Positions 1 through 7,788 of a stretch of 32,000 nucleotides of DNA are shown piece after piece. The position numbers and the translations under genes were made by a program. Source of the stretch: a phage ENP2309; sequence record PQ787220.1; one strand, 5' to 3'. The stretch's first letter is position 1, and each line of letters begins with the position of its first letter. The notes below the pieces were generated by a model. It worked only from the letters and a program-made list of their open reading frames with translations. It was not told the origin of the DNA and did not search any database.

Positions 1-2
1 TA

Positions 3-542
3 GATGCCGAAGAAGAAGCTAGTCAATATAAAACTATTGCACAAGAAATTTTCTCTAATAAAGGCATACGCTCTGAGGTACTTGACCTAGTTACACCTTT
101 CTTAAATGAAAGAGCAAACCATTACTTATCTACCCTTTCAGGTTCAGATATTGAAATAAACTTTAGTACCCAAACAGAGAAAGCAGATGGTAGTTTAGCT
201 GATAAGTTTGACTTAGAGGTAGTGAATGGCTCTGGTGGAAACACATATCAAGCAAACTCCGAGGGAGAGAAGAAGAGAATTGATTTAGCAATATCTTTTG
301 CTATTCAAGATTTAGTTCAGTCAAAAGCAAACATTGCTGTTAATTTAGGTTTGTATGATGAGTGTTTTGATGGTTTAGATGCAATTGGTTGTGAGAACGT
401 TATTAAAATATTGAAAGAACGCCAAAAGAACATTAGTAGTATTTTCGTAATAACTCACTCGGAGAACTTGAAGCCATTGTTTGAGAACGTAATCACTATG
501 AAAAAAGTTCAAGGTCGTTCTTACCTTGAAGAAAGTAAATAG
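3..542 (+). CDS. SbcC/Rad50-like recombination exonuclease subunit, C-terminal part (start lies upstream of window)
   Basis: Frame open from window start; ABC-ATPase signature-like 'NSEGEKKRIDLAISFAIQDL' followed by Walker B-like 'LYDECFDGLDAIG' and 'FVITHSENL' (H-loop), typical of the SbcC/Rad50 C-terminal half. Confidence 0.85.
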   Translation, partial: DAEEEASQYKTIAQEIFSNKGIRSEVLDLVTPFLNERANHYLSTLSGSDIEINFSTQTEKADGSLADKFDLEVVNGSGGNTYQANSEGEKKRIDLAISFAIQDLVQSKANIAVNLGLYDECFDGLDAIGCENVIKILKERQKNISSIFVITHSENLKPLFENVITMKKVQGRSYLEESK

Positions 543-550
543 GTGATTAC

Positions 551-1216
551 ATGAAGATTTATACATTAAGTAGAGAGTTAAACGAAGGTACTATATTTGT
601 ACCTACAAGTAGTAGTAATGAAGGGAGACTATTTAGCTTCCCGCTAGAGACACTATTCGATTGGTACCCTTGTTGCCCAAGATATGAGTATCAGTACAGC
701 ACTTCTCGAAAAAAACTATATTTGAGATTGTTAGACTCAGACAAAACATTAGTAGCTAGATACGGTGTTGGGGATAATAAAAAGAGAGTTATTTCAAAAA
801 TAGCTTGCTTTAATGAGAATGAATGGTATAATGAAGAAGTGGCAAATGAGAATGCAGAGTTGTTTAACTTTGCTAAACAATATGACATTGTTACACCTTT
901 AAAAGAAGATTACACCTTAAAAGAAGTAGATAATAGTATCTCTAAAGTACTGGACATTCTTGATTTACTTTACACAAATCAAAAAGTTAAAGTAGAAGAA
1001 GAGCTTATAAATAAAGTGGATACTCTACAATTGAGTAAACCAGACTCGGATGAACTTAAACAAGCGTATAAGGATATATCTGAGTATATGAGGTTAGACA
1101 GAGAGGAAAAAGCTACTTATGTATTAAGCAGGTCACTAGACTCTTTAAATAGTGTTTATGAAAAATTTGGTAATGTGTATACAATGTTAAATATTATGAG
1201 GAAAGTAGTGGCTTAA
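551..1216 (+). CDS. conserved hypothetical phage protein between SbcC-like nuclease and primase
   Basis: 221-aa ORF, tight spacing with neighbours, no motif recognised. Confidence 0.8.
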   Translation: MKIYTLSRELNEGTIFVPTSSSNEGRLFSFPLETLFDWYPCCPRYEYQYSTSRKKLYLRLLDSDKTLVARYGVGDNKKRVISKIACFNENEWYNEEVANENAELFNFAKQYDIVTPLKEDYTLKEVDNSISKVLDILDLLYTNQKVKVEEELINKVDTLQLSKPDSDELKQAYKDISEYMRLDREEKATYVLSRSLDSLNSVYEKFGNVYTMLNIMRKVVA

Positions 1217-2275
1217 ATGTTTACAGACTTGTTATCTAACGAATTAGGTTCACCTAAATATGCAGTAAGGGACTACAGGTATAATTGCCCTTTTTGCGAC
1301 TACGATACTAAGTATAAGTTTTATGTTAGGGTAGAAGAAGGACACCCAAAGAATAACTTATGGCATTGTTTTAAGTGTGGTAGTTCAGGTAACCCAGTAT
1401 CTTTTGTAATGAAGTATTACAACGTGTCTTTTAAAGAAGCGCTAGAGATATTAGAAGAATACGGCTATAGGTTTAATAATAAAAATTATGTGCCTAAATC
1501 AGATAAGTTAACTGATGAGGAATACTTATTACTTCTTCTAGGTTCGTTAGGTAAGCCAAAAGAAGAAACTAAACAAGCTAAAAAAGAGTTAGTAGCACCC
1601 CCATTGCCAGATGGTTTTAAACTACTAAGTCAGAACCTGAGAGAGCCAGAAGCGTACCCTTTCTTATTATACTGTAATAAGAGGGGGTTTACATTGAATG
1701 ATATTTATATGCACAATATTGGATATGTAAAAGATTCTTGGGTACCCTTAGAAAATGGTAAGTCAGTTAGACTCAAAGACCACTTAGTTTTTTTAACTCA
1801 TGGAAAAGATGGTAAGTATCAATATTGGAATACTAGGGCTATTGGGGAAAGCTTTATTAAGTCTTTGAACGCCCCAAGTAAAGAGGGTGAGCATTCAAAA
1901 AAGGATACTATATTTAATATTAATAGAGCTAGTCAAACCCCTCAGATAGTTATAACAGAAGGTGTTCCAGATGCATTAACAGTTGGTGAGTCTGGTGTAG
2001 GTACTTTTGGTAAACAAGTGACTGACGAGCAAGTTGAACTTATTTTAGATAGTGTGAATGAAGAGCAAAAAATATTTATCTATTTAGATAAAGATGCTAA
2101 AAAAGAAATTAAGAAGTTAGCAGAGAAACTATATAAGAGACATAACGAGACTTATGTAGTTATAAGCCCAACAACTCAAGATGCAAATAGTCTAGGGAGA
2201 GAAGAGGCTTGGAATATTATAAATAACTACTCTGTAAAAGCAGATGGAGTAGGGTTAATAAAATTAATGTTATAG
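1217..2275 (+). CDS. dnaG: DNA primase, CHC2 zinc finger plus Toprim
   Basis: 'CPFCDYD...WHCFKCGSSGNPVSFVMKYYNVSFKEALEIL' zinc-binding domain; 'VITEGVPDALTVGESG...IFIYLDKDAKKEI' Toprim motifs. Confidence 0.93.
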   Translation: MFTDLLSNELGSPKYAVRDYRYNCPFCDYDTKYKFYVRVEEGHPKNNLWHCFKCGSSGNPVSFVMKYYNVSFKEALEILEEYGYRFNNKNYVPKSDKLTDEEYLLLLLGSLGKPKEETKQAKKELVAPPLPDGFKLLSQNLREPEAYPFLLYCNKRGFTLNDIYMHNIGYVKDSWVPLENGKSVRLKDHLVFLTHGKDGKYQYWNTRAIGESFIKSLNAPSKEGEHSKKDTIFNINRASQTPQIVITEGVPDALTVGESGVGTFGKQVTDEQVELILDSVNEEQKIFIYLDKDAKKEIKKLAEKLYKRHNETYVVISPTTQDANSLGREEAWNIINNYSVKADGVGLIKLML

Positions 2276-2292
2276 ATAGGAGAGGGAAAAAA

Positions 2293-2925
2293 ATGAAGTA
2301 TACACTAGAAGATTTACATGCAGGTATGAAATTACGTTGCACGGACAATAAAAACTACAGTTTTTGGACTACGAATAAAATCTATGAAGTAACTAAAAAA
2401 GAGTCAGGTTCACTATGTATTTTTGATGATTATGGAATTGAGAGCCTAGATGAGGACATCTTAGTACGTTTAAATGGTAATACAGGGAACGCAGAATTTG
2501 AGGTTGTTTCTAAGGTGATGAAGGATGCAGATTACACAGAAGAAGACCTTGAAGAAGGGATGTTACTTCACTGCAAAGATGATATGAGCTTTCCATGGTG
2601 GGCTACAGGACAAACCTATGAAATCTATAAGGGTGAAAAAGGAATTTTATTTACCAAGTCAGGAGACGGTAACCAATACTGTGCTAAAGAAATAGTAGCT
2701 CGATTAAATGGTAGTGCAAGCGGGTCTTTTGAATTACTAGAAAGACCACATAAAACAGAGTTAGAAAAGAAAGTAGAAGCAAGAATTAAGGAACTAAAAG
2801 GAAAGAAACTTTGTTTATTCTACAAGCAACAACAAATTAAGATAGAAGAAAACGAAATATCTATAGAAATCAGTAAGCTAAGTGAAGCATTAAAAGCGAT
2901 TGACGTATTAAGAGAATTTGAATAA
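2293..2925 (+). CDS. hypothetical protein with two tandem copies of a ~65-aa domain
   Basis: ORF with SD 'ggagaggg'; internal duplication visible in the protein. Confidence 0.8.
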   Translation: MKYTLEDLHAGMKLRCTDNKNYSFWTTNKIYEVTKKESGSLCIFDDYGIESLDEDILVRLNGNTGNAEFEVVSKVMKDADYTEEDLEEGMLLHCKDDMSFPWWATGQTYEIYKGEKGILFTKSGDGNQYCAKEIVARLNGSASGSFELLERPHKTELEKKVEARIKELKGKKLCLFYKQQQIKIEENEISIEISKLSEALKAIDVLREFE

Positions 2926-2953
2926 GAATAACTATAGGAGGACAACAAACAAG

Positions 2954-3838
2954 ATGGAAAGAGTATCAGTATACTTTCTAAATAGCAGAAATATTATGGA
3001 TGAGGATGAGACAAAGCGTACTTATCATGGAACATTTAATTCAATGAAAGAAGCAGAGCAGTCAGTTCGTGACTGGTGGAAAGCAAATGACTTTAAGTGT
3101 GGTACCCTTAGAATTATTGAAGGTACTGAGGATGGGATTGTTCGTTGGGACTACGGAAACCATACTGGGTTCTATCTATTTGTACCAGAAGGTGCTGTAG
3201 TAAAATACACAATCCGTGAAGGCGCTAAGAAACCAAAACGAGGAAGAGAAAATGATGTAGCACATGACTTGTTCACAGCAGACGATGGAGTAGTTATTCC
3301 CGGGAGATTAGGTTCAAATGTTATTTCTACTGGAATAAAGACATCGTTTGACCCCAAACAATATGGTTTATTCATTAACCCTCGAGGTGGTATGATGAAA
3401 TACCCAATCACTTTAGGAAACACACAAGGTGTAGTGGAAGGGGAATATCGTGGAGAGGTTGGTTTACCACTTAAAAATACGTTCTCTTTACAATTAGATG
3501 CAAGAGCTGTTTCTAAGAACGTTTTAATAATCAATGAAGAAGGTAAACTTATTAACATCCCAGTAACAGTAGCTCGGTCAATGTATCCAAGCTTTAATGC
3601 TCTTTATGAAAAACAGCTAGAGAAGCTAAGTGAGGAGCTACAGCTAGTCTATGGAGGAGAAGTTAGAATATCTAATGCTGATGAGTATGTGGTTGCGGGA
3701 ACACTATTTATCCCAAAAGGCACTCGTTTATGTCAAGCTTTCTTACTACCACGATACGACACACAGTTTGTTGAAGTATCAGCGTTAGGTACAACTGAAC
3801 GAGGAGAAGGCGCATATGGCTCATCTGGGGTGGTATAG
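2954..3838 (+). CDS. dUTPase-fold (trimeric dUTPase/dCTP deaminase superfamily) protein with extra N-terminal domain
   Basis: Motifs 'VAHDLFTADDGVVIPGR...VISTGIKTSF', 'FINPRGG', 'GVVEGEYRGEV', 'KGTRLCQAFLLP', 'TERGEGAYGSSG'. Start moved from 2918 to ATG 2954 because SD 'aggagg' (2936-2942) sits upstream of it. Confidence 0.8.
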   Translation: MERVSVYFLNSRNIMDEDETKRTYHGTFNSMKEAEQSVRDWWKANDFKCGTLRIIEGTEDGIVRWDYGNHTGFYLFVPEGAVVKYTIREGAKKPKRGRENDVAHDLFTADDGVVIPGRLGSNVISTGIKTSFDPKQYGLFINPRGGMMKYPITLGNTQGVVEGEYRGEVGLPLKNTFSLQLDARAVSKNVLIINEEGKLINIPVTVARSMYPSFNALYEKQLEKLSEELQLVYGGEVRISNADEYVVAGTLFIPKGTRLCQAFLLPRYDTQFVEVSALGTTERGEGAYGSSGVV

Positions 3839-3840
3839 CT

Positions 3841-4071
3841 ATGCTCATCCCAGAATTTAAGCCACCATTATTGTACGTTATGGGTAGCTTTTCTGTTATG
3901 TTAGAAAAACACCAGTGCAGTGTAACTTTTGATTTAAGAGAGCCTTATTTAGGTACCTCTTACGATAAAATAGTGAAGCTTATTAAAATGACTTACCCAA
4001 ACTATAGCTTAACTTATGTAGGGATGACAGATAATAAATATAAGTTCACATTAAAGAATAAGGAGGACTAG
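3841..4071 (+). CDS. hypothetical protein
   Basis: 76-aa ORF in operon-like context. Confidence 0.65.
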   Translation: MLIPEFKPPLLYVMGSFSVMLEKHQCSVTFDLREPYLGTSYDKIVKLIKMTYPNYSLTYVGMTDNKYKFTLKNKED

Positions 4072-4072
4072 C

Positions 4073-4381
4073 ATGTACACCAAGAAAGAGGAAGTAGTGA
4101 CAGTTAAACACCTAGTTGATAAAGAGCAAATTAGAGTAGGGGACATAGTAGGTTACAAAAAGACTATTAGAGGGTTCGATGCAAAAAGAGTAAAAGACAC
4201 ACTCTCAGTAACAAATCAAATAGGTGTAGTTTCTCGTGTATGTGACGAGTACATTACTGTTCATGACTTTTTTGATAAGTGCTCACGAGAAATATGGGCA
4301 AAGACATTTGAAAATTTAGAAGTTCGCAAAATAGAGGATGGTAACAGCCTACTACGGAGGTATGAAAATGAATTTCGTTGA
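4073..4381 (+). CDS. hypothetical protein
   Basis: 102-aa ORF, SD 'aaggaggac' upstream. Confidence 0.7.
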   Translation: MYTKKEEVVTVKHLVDKEQIRVGDIVGYKKTIRGFDAKRVKDTLSVTNQIGVVSRVCDEYITVHDFFDKCSREIWAKTFENLEVRKIEDGNSLLRRYENEFR

Positions 4382-4679
4382 TTATTTTAATCAGATGCAG
4401 AATTTAGTGATTGAAGAAAAAACAGATGAGTATGTTTTACTAGAGAAAGAACATGGTCAAAAGTATGTGACATATCAAGAGCTAGAAGGAGCGTTAAGTA
4501 CAGTAGCACGCAACACTGCATTTATGGTAGAAAATTATAACCTTATGCAAGATATTAATTTAAAAATTGTATTGAAAAAATTAAAAGACAGTGGTACAAT
4601 TACAGAAGAGCTTGAAAAAGAGATTCTTAAAGAGTTCAAAAATATTGAAAGTTTAATGGAGGACGAAACATATGAGTAA
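4368..4679 (+). CDS. hypothetical protein
   Basis: ORF 4338..4679; SD 'cggagg' (4355-4360) supports ATG 4368 (MNFVDYF...) as start, overlapping the upstream gene. Confidence 0.7.
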   Translation: MNFVDYFNQMQNLVIEEKTDEYVLLEKEHGQKYVTYQELEGALSTVARNTAFMVENYNLMQDINLKIVLKKLKDSGTITEELEKEILKEFKNIESLMEDETYE

Positions 4680-5034
4680 AGAGAGTAAACGCAACAAACG
4701 TATCGGGGAGTTATCGGAAGCAGACATGAGAGTGTGGGCTGAGTGGTTAGCCACAGGGCAGGTTCATGATAAAAACCACCAAAAACAGTTAGAACGCTTA
4801 AGTAAACGTTCAGTATCATTATCTGATGTAACTACTATTGTCGAATTTATGGGCAAACGGAATGATGGTTATATTTCTTCTTTAATTGAACAGCAGGCTG
4901 TATTTGACAATTTATTAACAAAACTAGGTGTAACGGAAGAAAACCGCTTAGAGGCTAAGGCAGAATATGAAAAAGAGTTGAATGCTATTCAAGAAAAAAT
5001 CCAAAAAGAGTTAGAGTCTATTAAAGAAAAATAA
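4672..5034 (+). CDS. hypothetical protein, helical/coiled-coil C-terminus
   Basis: 120-aa ORF, SD 'ggagg', overlap with preceding stop. Confidence 0.75.
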   Translation: MSKESKRNKRIGELSEADMRVWAEWLATGQVHDKNHQKQLERLSKRSVSLSDVTTIVEFMGKRNDGYISSLIEQQAVFDNLLTKLGVTEENRLEAKAEYEKELNAIQEKIQKELESIKEK

Positions 5035-5053
5035 TATGAAAGAGGTTAGCTGA

Positions 5054-5722
5054 ATGACAGACTACAGCGCAGTAGGCAAGAAAAGTCGTAACAAAGGCGG
5101 ACGTTTTGAACGTCAAATGGCTAAAGAACTCACAGAGTGGTGGGGATATGAGTTTAACCGAGTACCCGCTTCTGGGGGGCTTCACTGGGCTTCTAGTAAT
5201 AACGTTGCCGGGGACATTGTAGTCCCTAGCGATGCTAACTTCCCATTTGTTATAGAATGTAAAAATCGTGAAGACTGGACGATTGAAAACTTATTCTTAA
5301 ATAACAAAGAAATTAAGAACTGGTGGGCGCAAGTTGTGGGGGATGCAAAAGAAACGAAAAATATCCCACTACTTATATTTACTAGAAACAGAGCAAAGAA
5401 TTTTGTTACTATGGCATATAATGAAAAACTTGTTAATGAGATTGAAAAAAGAGGTTACCCTTTGATGGTCTCTAACATAACATATGTAGACGACTACAAG
5501 GATACTCATTGTTACAAGACATTTACTACAGTTTTAGATGCAATAACTAGCTTTAAGCCTTATGGTAGCAAAGATAAAGACTACTTTTTATTTTATTTTC
5601 CTAGTGACTATGACTGGGAAGATAGCCTAGTTTATGAAACAACCATAATGGATGATGCTAAACAAATGGATGCAGAGGATTCACTAGATGCACTAGTTAA
5701 TTCTTATTTAGGAGGAGAATAG
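5054..5722 (+). CDS. Holliday-junction resolvase-like / PD-(D/E)XK nuclease
   Basis: 'NKGGRFERQMAKELTEWWG...SGGLHWASSNNVAGDIVVPSDANFPFVIECKN' matches the Hjc-type E...GD...ECK nuclease pattern. Confidence 0.8.
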   Translation: MTDYSAVGKKSRNKGGRFERQMAKELTEWWGYEFNRVPASGGLHWASSNNVAGDIVVPSDANFPFVIECKNREDWTIENLFLNNKEIKNWWAQVVGDAKETKNIPLLIFTRNRAKNFVTMAYNEKLVNEIEKRGYPLMVSNITYVDDYKDTHCYKTFTTVLDAITSFKPYGSKDKDYFLFYFPSDYDWEDSLVYETTIMDDAKQMDAEDSLDALVNSYLGGE

Positions 5723-5723
5723 T

Positions 5724-6023
5724 ATGGCTAAAACATATCAGGAAGCTCTAGCAACGGTACAGTCGTATCTCGAATCAGATAGTGTAATGAAAGAAACCTC
5801 AAGTATATCTGTTAGTTTCTCAGCTAACTGGACAGGTGAGCGGGAAGACTATGTTATTGATACATTGACATACGACATTGATTTACGAGTATTCAGCTTA
5901 GAAACTGCACATGTTGTAGCTATAGGGAAGAAACTACCTCAAGATAGCAATGAGCATGCTGAACTCCTTAAAAAACTTAAAAAAGAATTTAAACAAGCTT
6001 CTAAAAAACTACGGGAGGACTAG
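5724..6023 (+). CDS. hypothetical protein
   Basis: 99-aa ORF, immediate downstream position. Confidence 0.7.
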   Translation: MAKTYQEALATVQSYLESDSVMKETSSISVSFSANWTGEREDYVIDTLTYDIDLRVFSLETAHVVAIGKKLPQDSNEHAELLKKLKKEFKQASKKLRED

Positions 6024-6028
6024 AGTAG

Positions 6029-6508
6029 ATGATAGACAACGTTAATAGTCCTAGTCATTATACGCAAGGAGAAATAGAGGTAATAGAGGTTATAGAATAT
6101 ATTACTGCTAAGTACCCTGCGGAAATTAGATACCATTTAGGAAATGTTATTAAGTATATTTGTCGAGCACCTTTCAAGGGAAAGCTACAAGAAGACCTTA
6201 ACAAAAGTTCTTGGTACTTGAAACGAGCACAACTGGTTTTAACACAGTCACCAAGTAGCTATATAGGTAAATGTAAGAAATTTTTAGAGAATTTCCTATT
6301 TAAGAATAGCCATATCAGAGATGCTCAGCTAATAGAAATTCCAGAAGAACCTATTATTGAGAAATTTTTATTTCAAACAGCACAGAGTTACAATAAAGAA
6401 CAGCAAAACTATATTATTTCAGCCTTAATGGAACTAAACAGTAGTTCAGGTGATGTGAAAACTGTTCTTGAAAATACAGAAAACTATTTAAAATTTATTA
6501 CAACTTAG
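6029..6508 (+). CDS. DUF3310 domain protein
   Basis: 'VNSPSHYTQGEIEVIEVIEYITAKYPAEIRYHLGNVIKYICRAPFKGKLQEDLNKSSWYLKRA' is the typical DUF3310 signature. Confidence 0.85.
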   Translation: MIDNVNSPSHYTQGEIEVIEVIEYITAKYPAEIRYHLGNVIKYICRAPFKGKLQEDLNKSSWYLKRAQLVLTQSPSSYIGKCKKFLENFLFKNSHIRDAQLIEIPEEPIIEKFLFQTAQSYNKEQQNYIISALMELNSSSGDVKTVLENTENYLKFITT

Positions 6509-6553
6509 TACAATATAATGCTCTTTCTACGAAAAGCTATCTTTTATATTTAT

Positions 6554-6562
6554 GGTATAATA
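6554..6562 (+). promoter_or_regulatory. extended -10 promoter (TGG-TATAAT)
   Basis: 'tggtataatagagatagg' in an intergenic gap ahead of ORF 6601; no convincing -35. Confidence 0.55.
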
Positions 6563-6600
6563 GAGATAGGGAAATTAAAAAGTAGAAGGAGCATTTTATA

Positions 6601-7395
6601 ATGACAAAAGCACCCAGAGTGAAAAGACTTAATATTTATAACACTGACCGGTACTTTAATATTAATTTAATGAAAAAAGAAGATATAGCAAAAAAAATTA
6701 AAGTTAACCGATTGAATGAAGAAGAGATAGAGAGGGAAATGGACGAACTAGCAAGCAACCCATTGAAGACCCCTATAGGCTACATGGATAGAACAAATGA
6801 AAAATCTTATATACTTTATCAAGAAAAGTATACGAACGACAGACTTATTCAGAAATTATTTAAACATGCAGGGTCTGTGTCTTATTACACAGATACAATT
6901 GTACCATACTACATAATTGAGCAAATATCTAAGAATTTAACAAGTGAAGTAATCTATCCTACAAAAAATAGCTATGAGAACAGAGAGATTGAAAATGTTC
7001 AACTAGCTTTCACTGCCTGCCCTGTAACGATTGATTGCCCAGTAGTGCTACCTGATGTTAGCCCGTATGATGTGTTATTTGCACTACACCCTTTAAAAAC
7101 AAATGTAGACAAGATTCAAATATCGTTTCCTTGTCTTACAGAAGAAGAGTTTGATACCAGACATGAAGAATACTACCATAAAGTAGGTAATCACTATGAG
7201 GTTAAATCAGAGTACAAATATAAATTCTTTAAGTATGTACAGACTTCTTTATCTATTTGGGCTATGAACATTTGGTTAGTGTGCGATAGTGATGAGGACT
7301 ACAATAAAATAGACAGATATATTCAGAAAGAAAAAATTAAACGTAATGCTAACAGGGAGCGTGCATTAAAGAGAAAGGGTAATCAGGATGAGTAA
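6601..7395 (+). CDS. hypothetical protein
   Basis: 264-aa ORF, SD 'agaagga'. Confidence 0.8.
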   Translation: MTKAPRVKRLNIYNTDRYFNINLMKKEDIAKKIKVNRLNEEEIEREMDELASNPLKTPIGYMDRTNEKSYILYQEKYTNDRLIQKLFKHAGSVSYYTDTIVPYYIIEQISKNLTSEVIYPTKNSYENREIENVQLAFTACPVTIDCPVVLPDVSPYDVLFALHPLKTNVDKIQISFPCLTEEEFDTRHEEYYHKVGNHYEVKSEYKYKFFKYVQTSLSIWAMNIWLVCDSDEDYNKIDRYIQKEKIKRNANRERALKRKGNQDE

Positions 7396-7699
7396 AGATA
7401 AAACGATTAACCGAACAGACATAGCTCGAACAATCTCTCATCATACTGGTTATCGAATGAAAGATATATTAAAGATTTTAGAAGTAGAAGATGAAGTAGT
7501 AGCTCAAGCAGTATCACAAGGTATTTCTGTAAAGAATCACAAATTATGGAAACTAAACATTAAAAAAAAGCCAGAGAAGGTAGCATGGGATGGTATAAAC
7601 TCTAAAAGTTTTATACAACCTGAGAAATATGTAGTTAAATTTGTACCATTATCCAAGTTGAAAGAGTCAATAGACACTTATAATAAAGAGAGCAAATAA
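7388..7699 (+). CDS. HU/IHF-family DNA-binding protein (TF1-like)
   Basis: 'NRTDIARTISHHTGYRMKDILKILEVEDEVVAQAVSQGISVK' followed by 'PEKYVVKFVPLSKLKESI' follows the HU fold pattern (Fkps..LK). Confidence 0.75.
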   Translation: MSKDKTINRTDIARTISHHTGYRMKDILKILEVEDEVVAQAVSQGISVKNHKLWKLNIKKKPEKVAWDGINSKSFIQPEKYVVKFVPLSKLKESIDTYNKESK

Positions 7700-7712
7700 A
7701 GCTCTCTTTTTT
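7687..7712 (+). terminator. Rho-independent terminator
   Basis: GAGAGC-aaataaa-GCTCTC-TTTTTT. Confidence 0.85.
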
Positions 7713-7724
7713 GCTCTTTCTATA

Positions 7725-7753
7725 TTGACAAATAACATAATACAAAGTATACT
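7725..7753 (+). promoter_or_regulatory. sigma70/sigmaA-type promoter for the DNA polymerase transcript
   Basis: TTGACA (7725-7730), 17-nt spacer, TATACT (7748-7753), directly after a terminator. Confidence 0.85.
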
Positions 7754-7788
7754 AGTGTCATAGAGCAACAGAGAGGAGAAAAGTGTAA

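Noticed and set aside
2918-2953. Upstream start of the dUTPase-like ORF (MNKNNYRRTTNK...)
   Set aside because: This stretch encodes the SD 'ataggaggac', so initiation at ATG 2954 is more likely.
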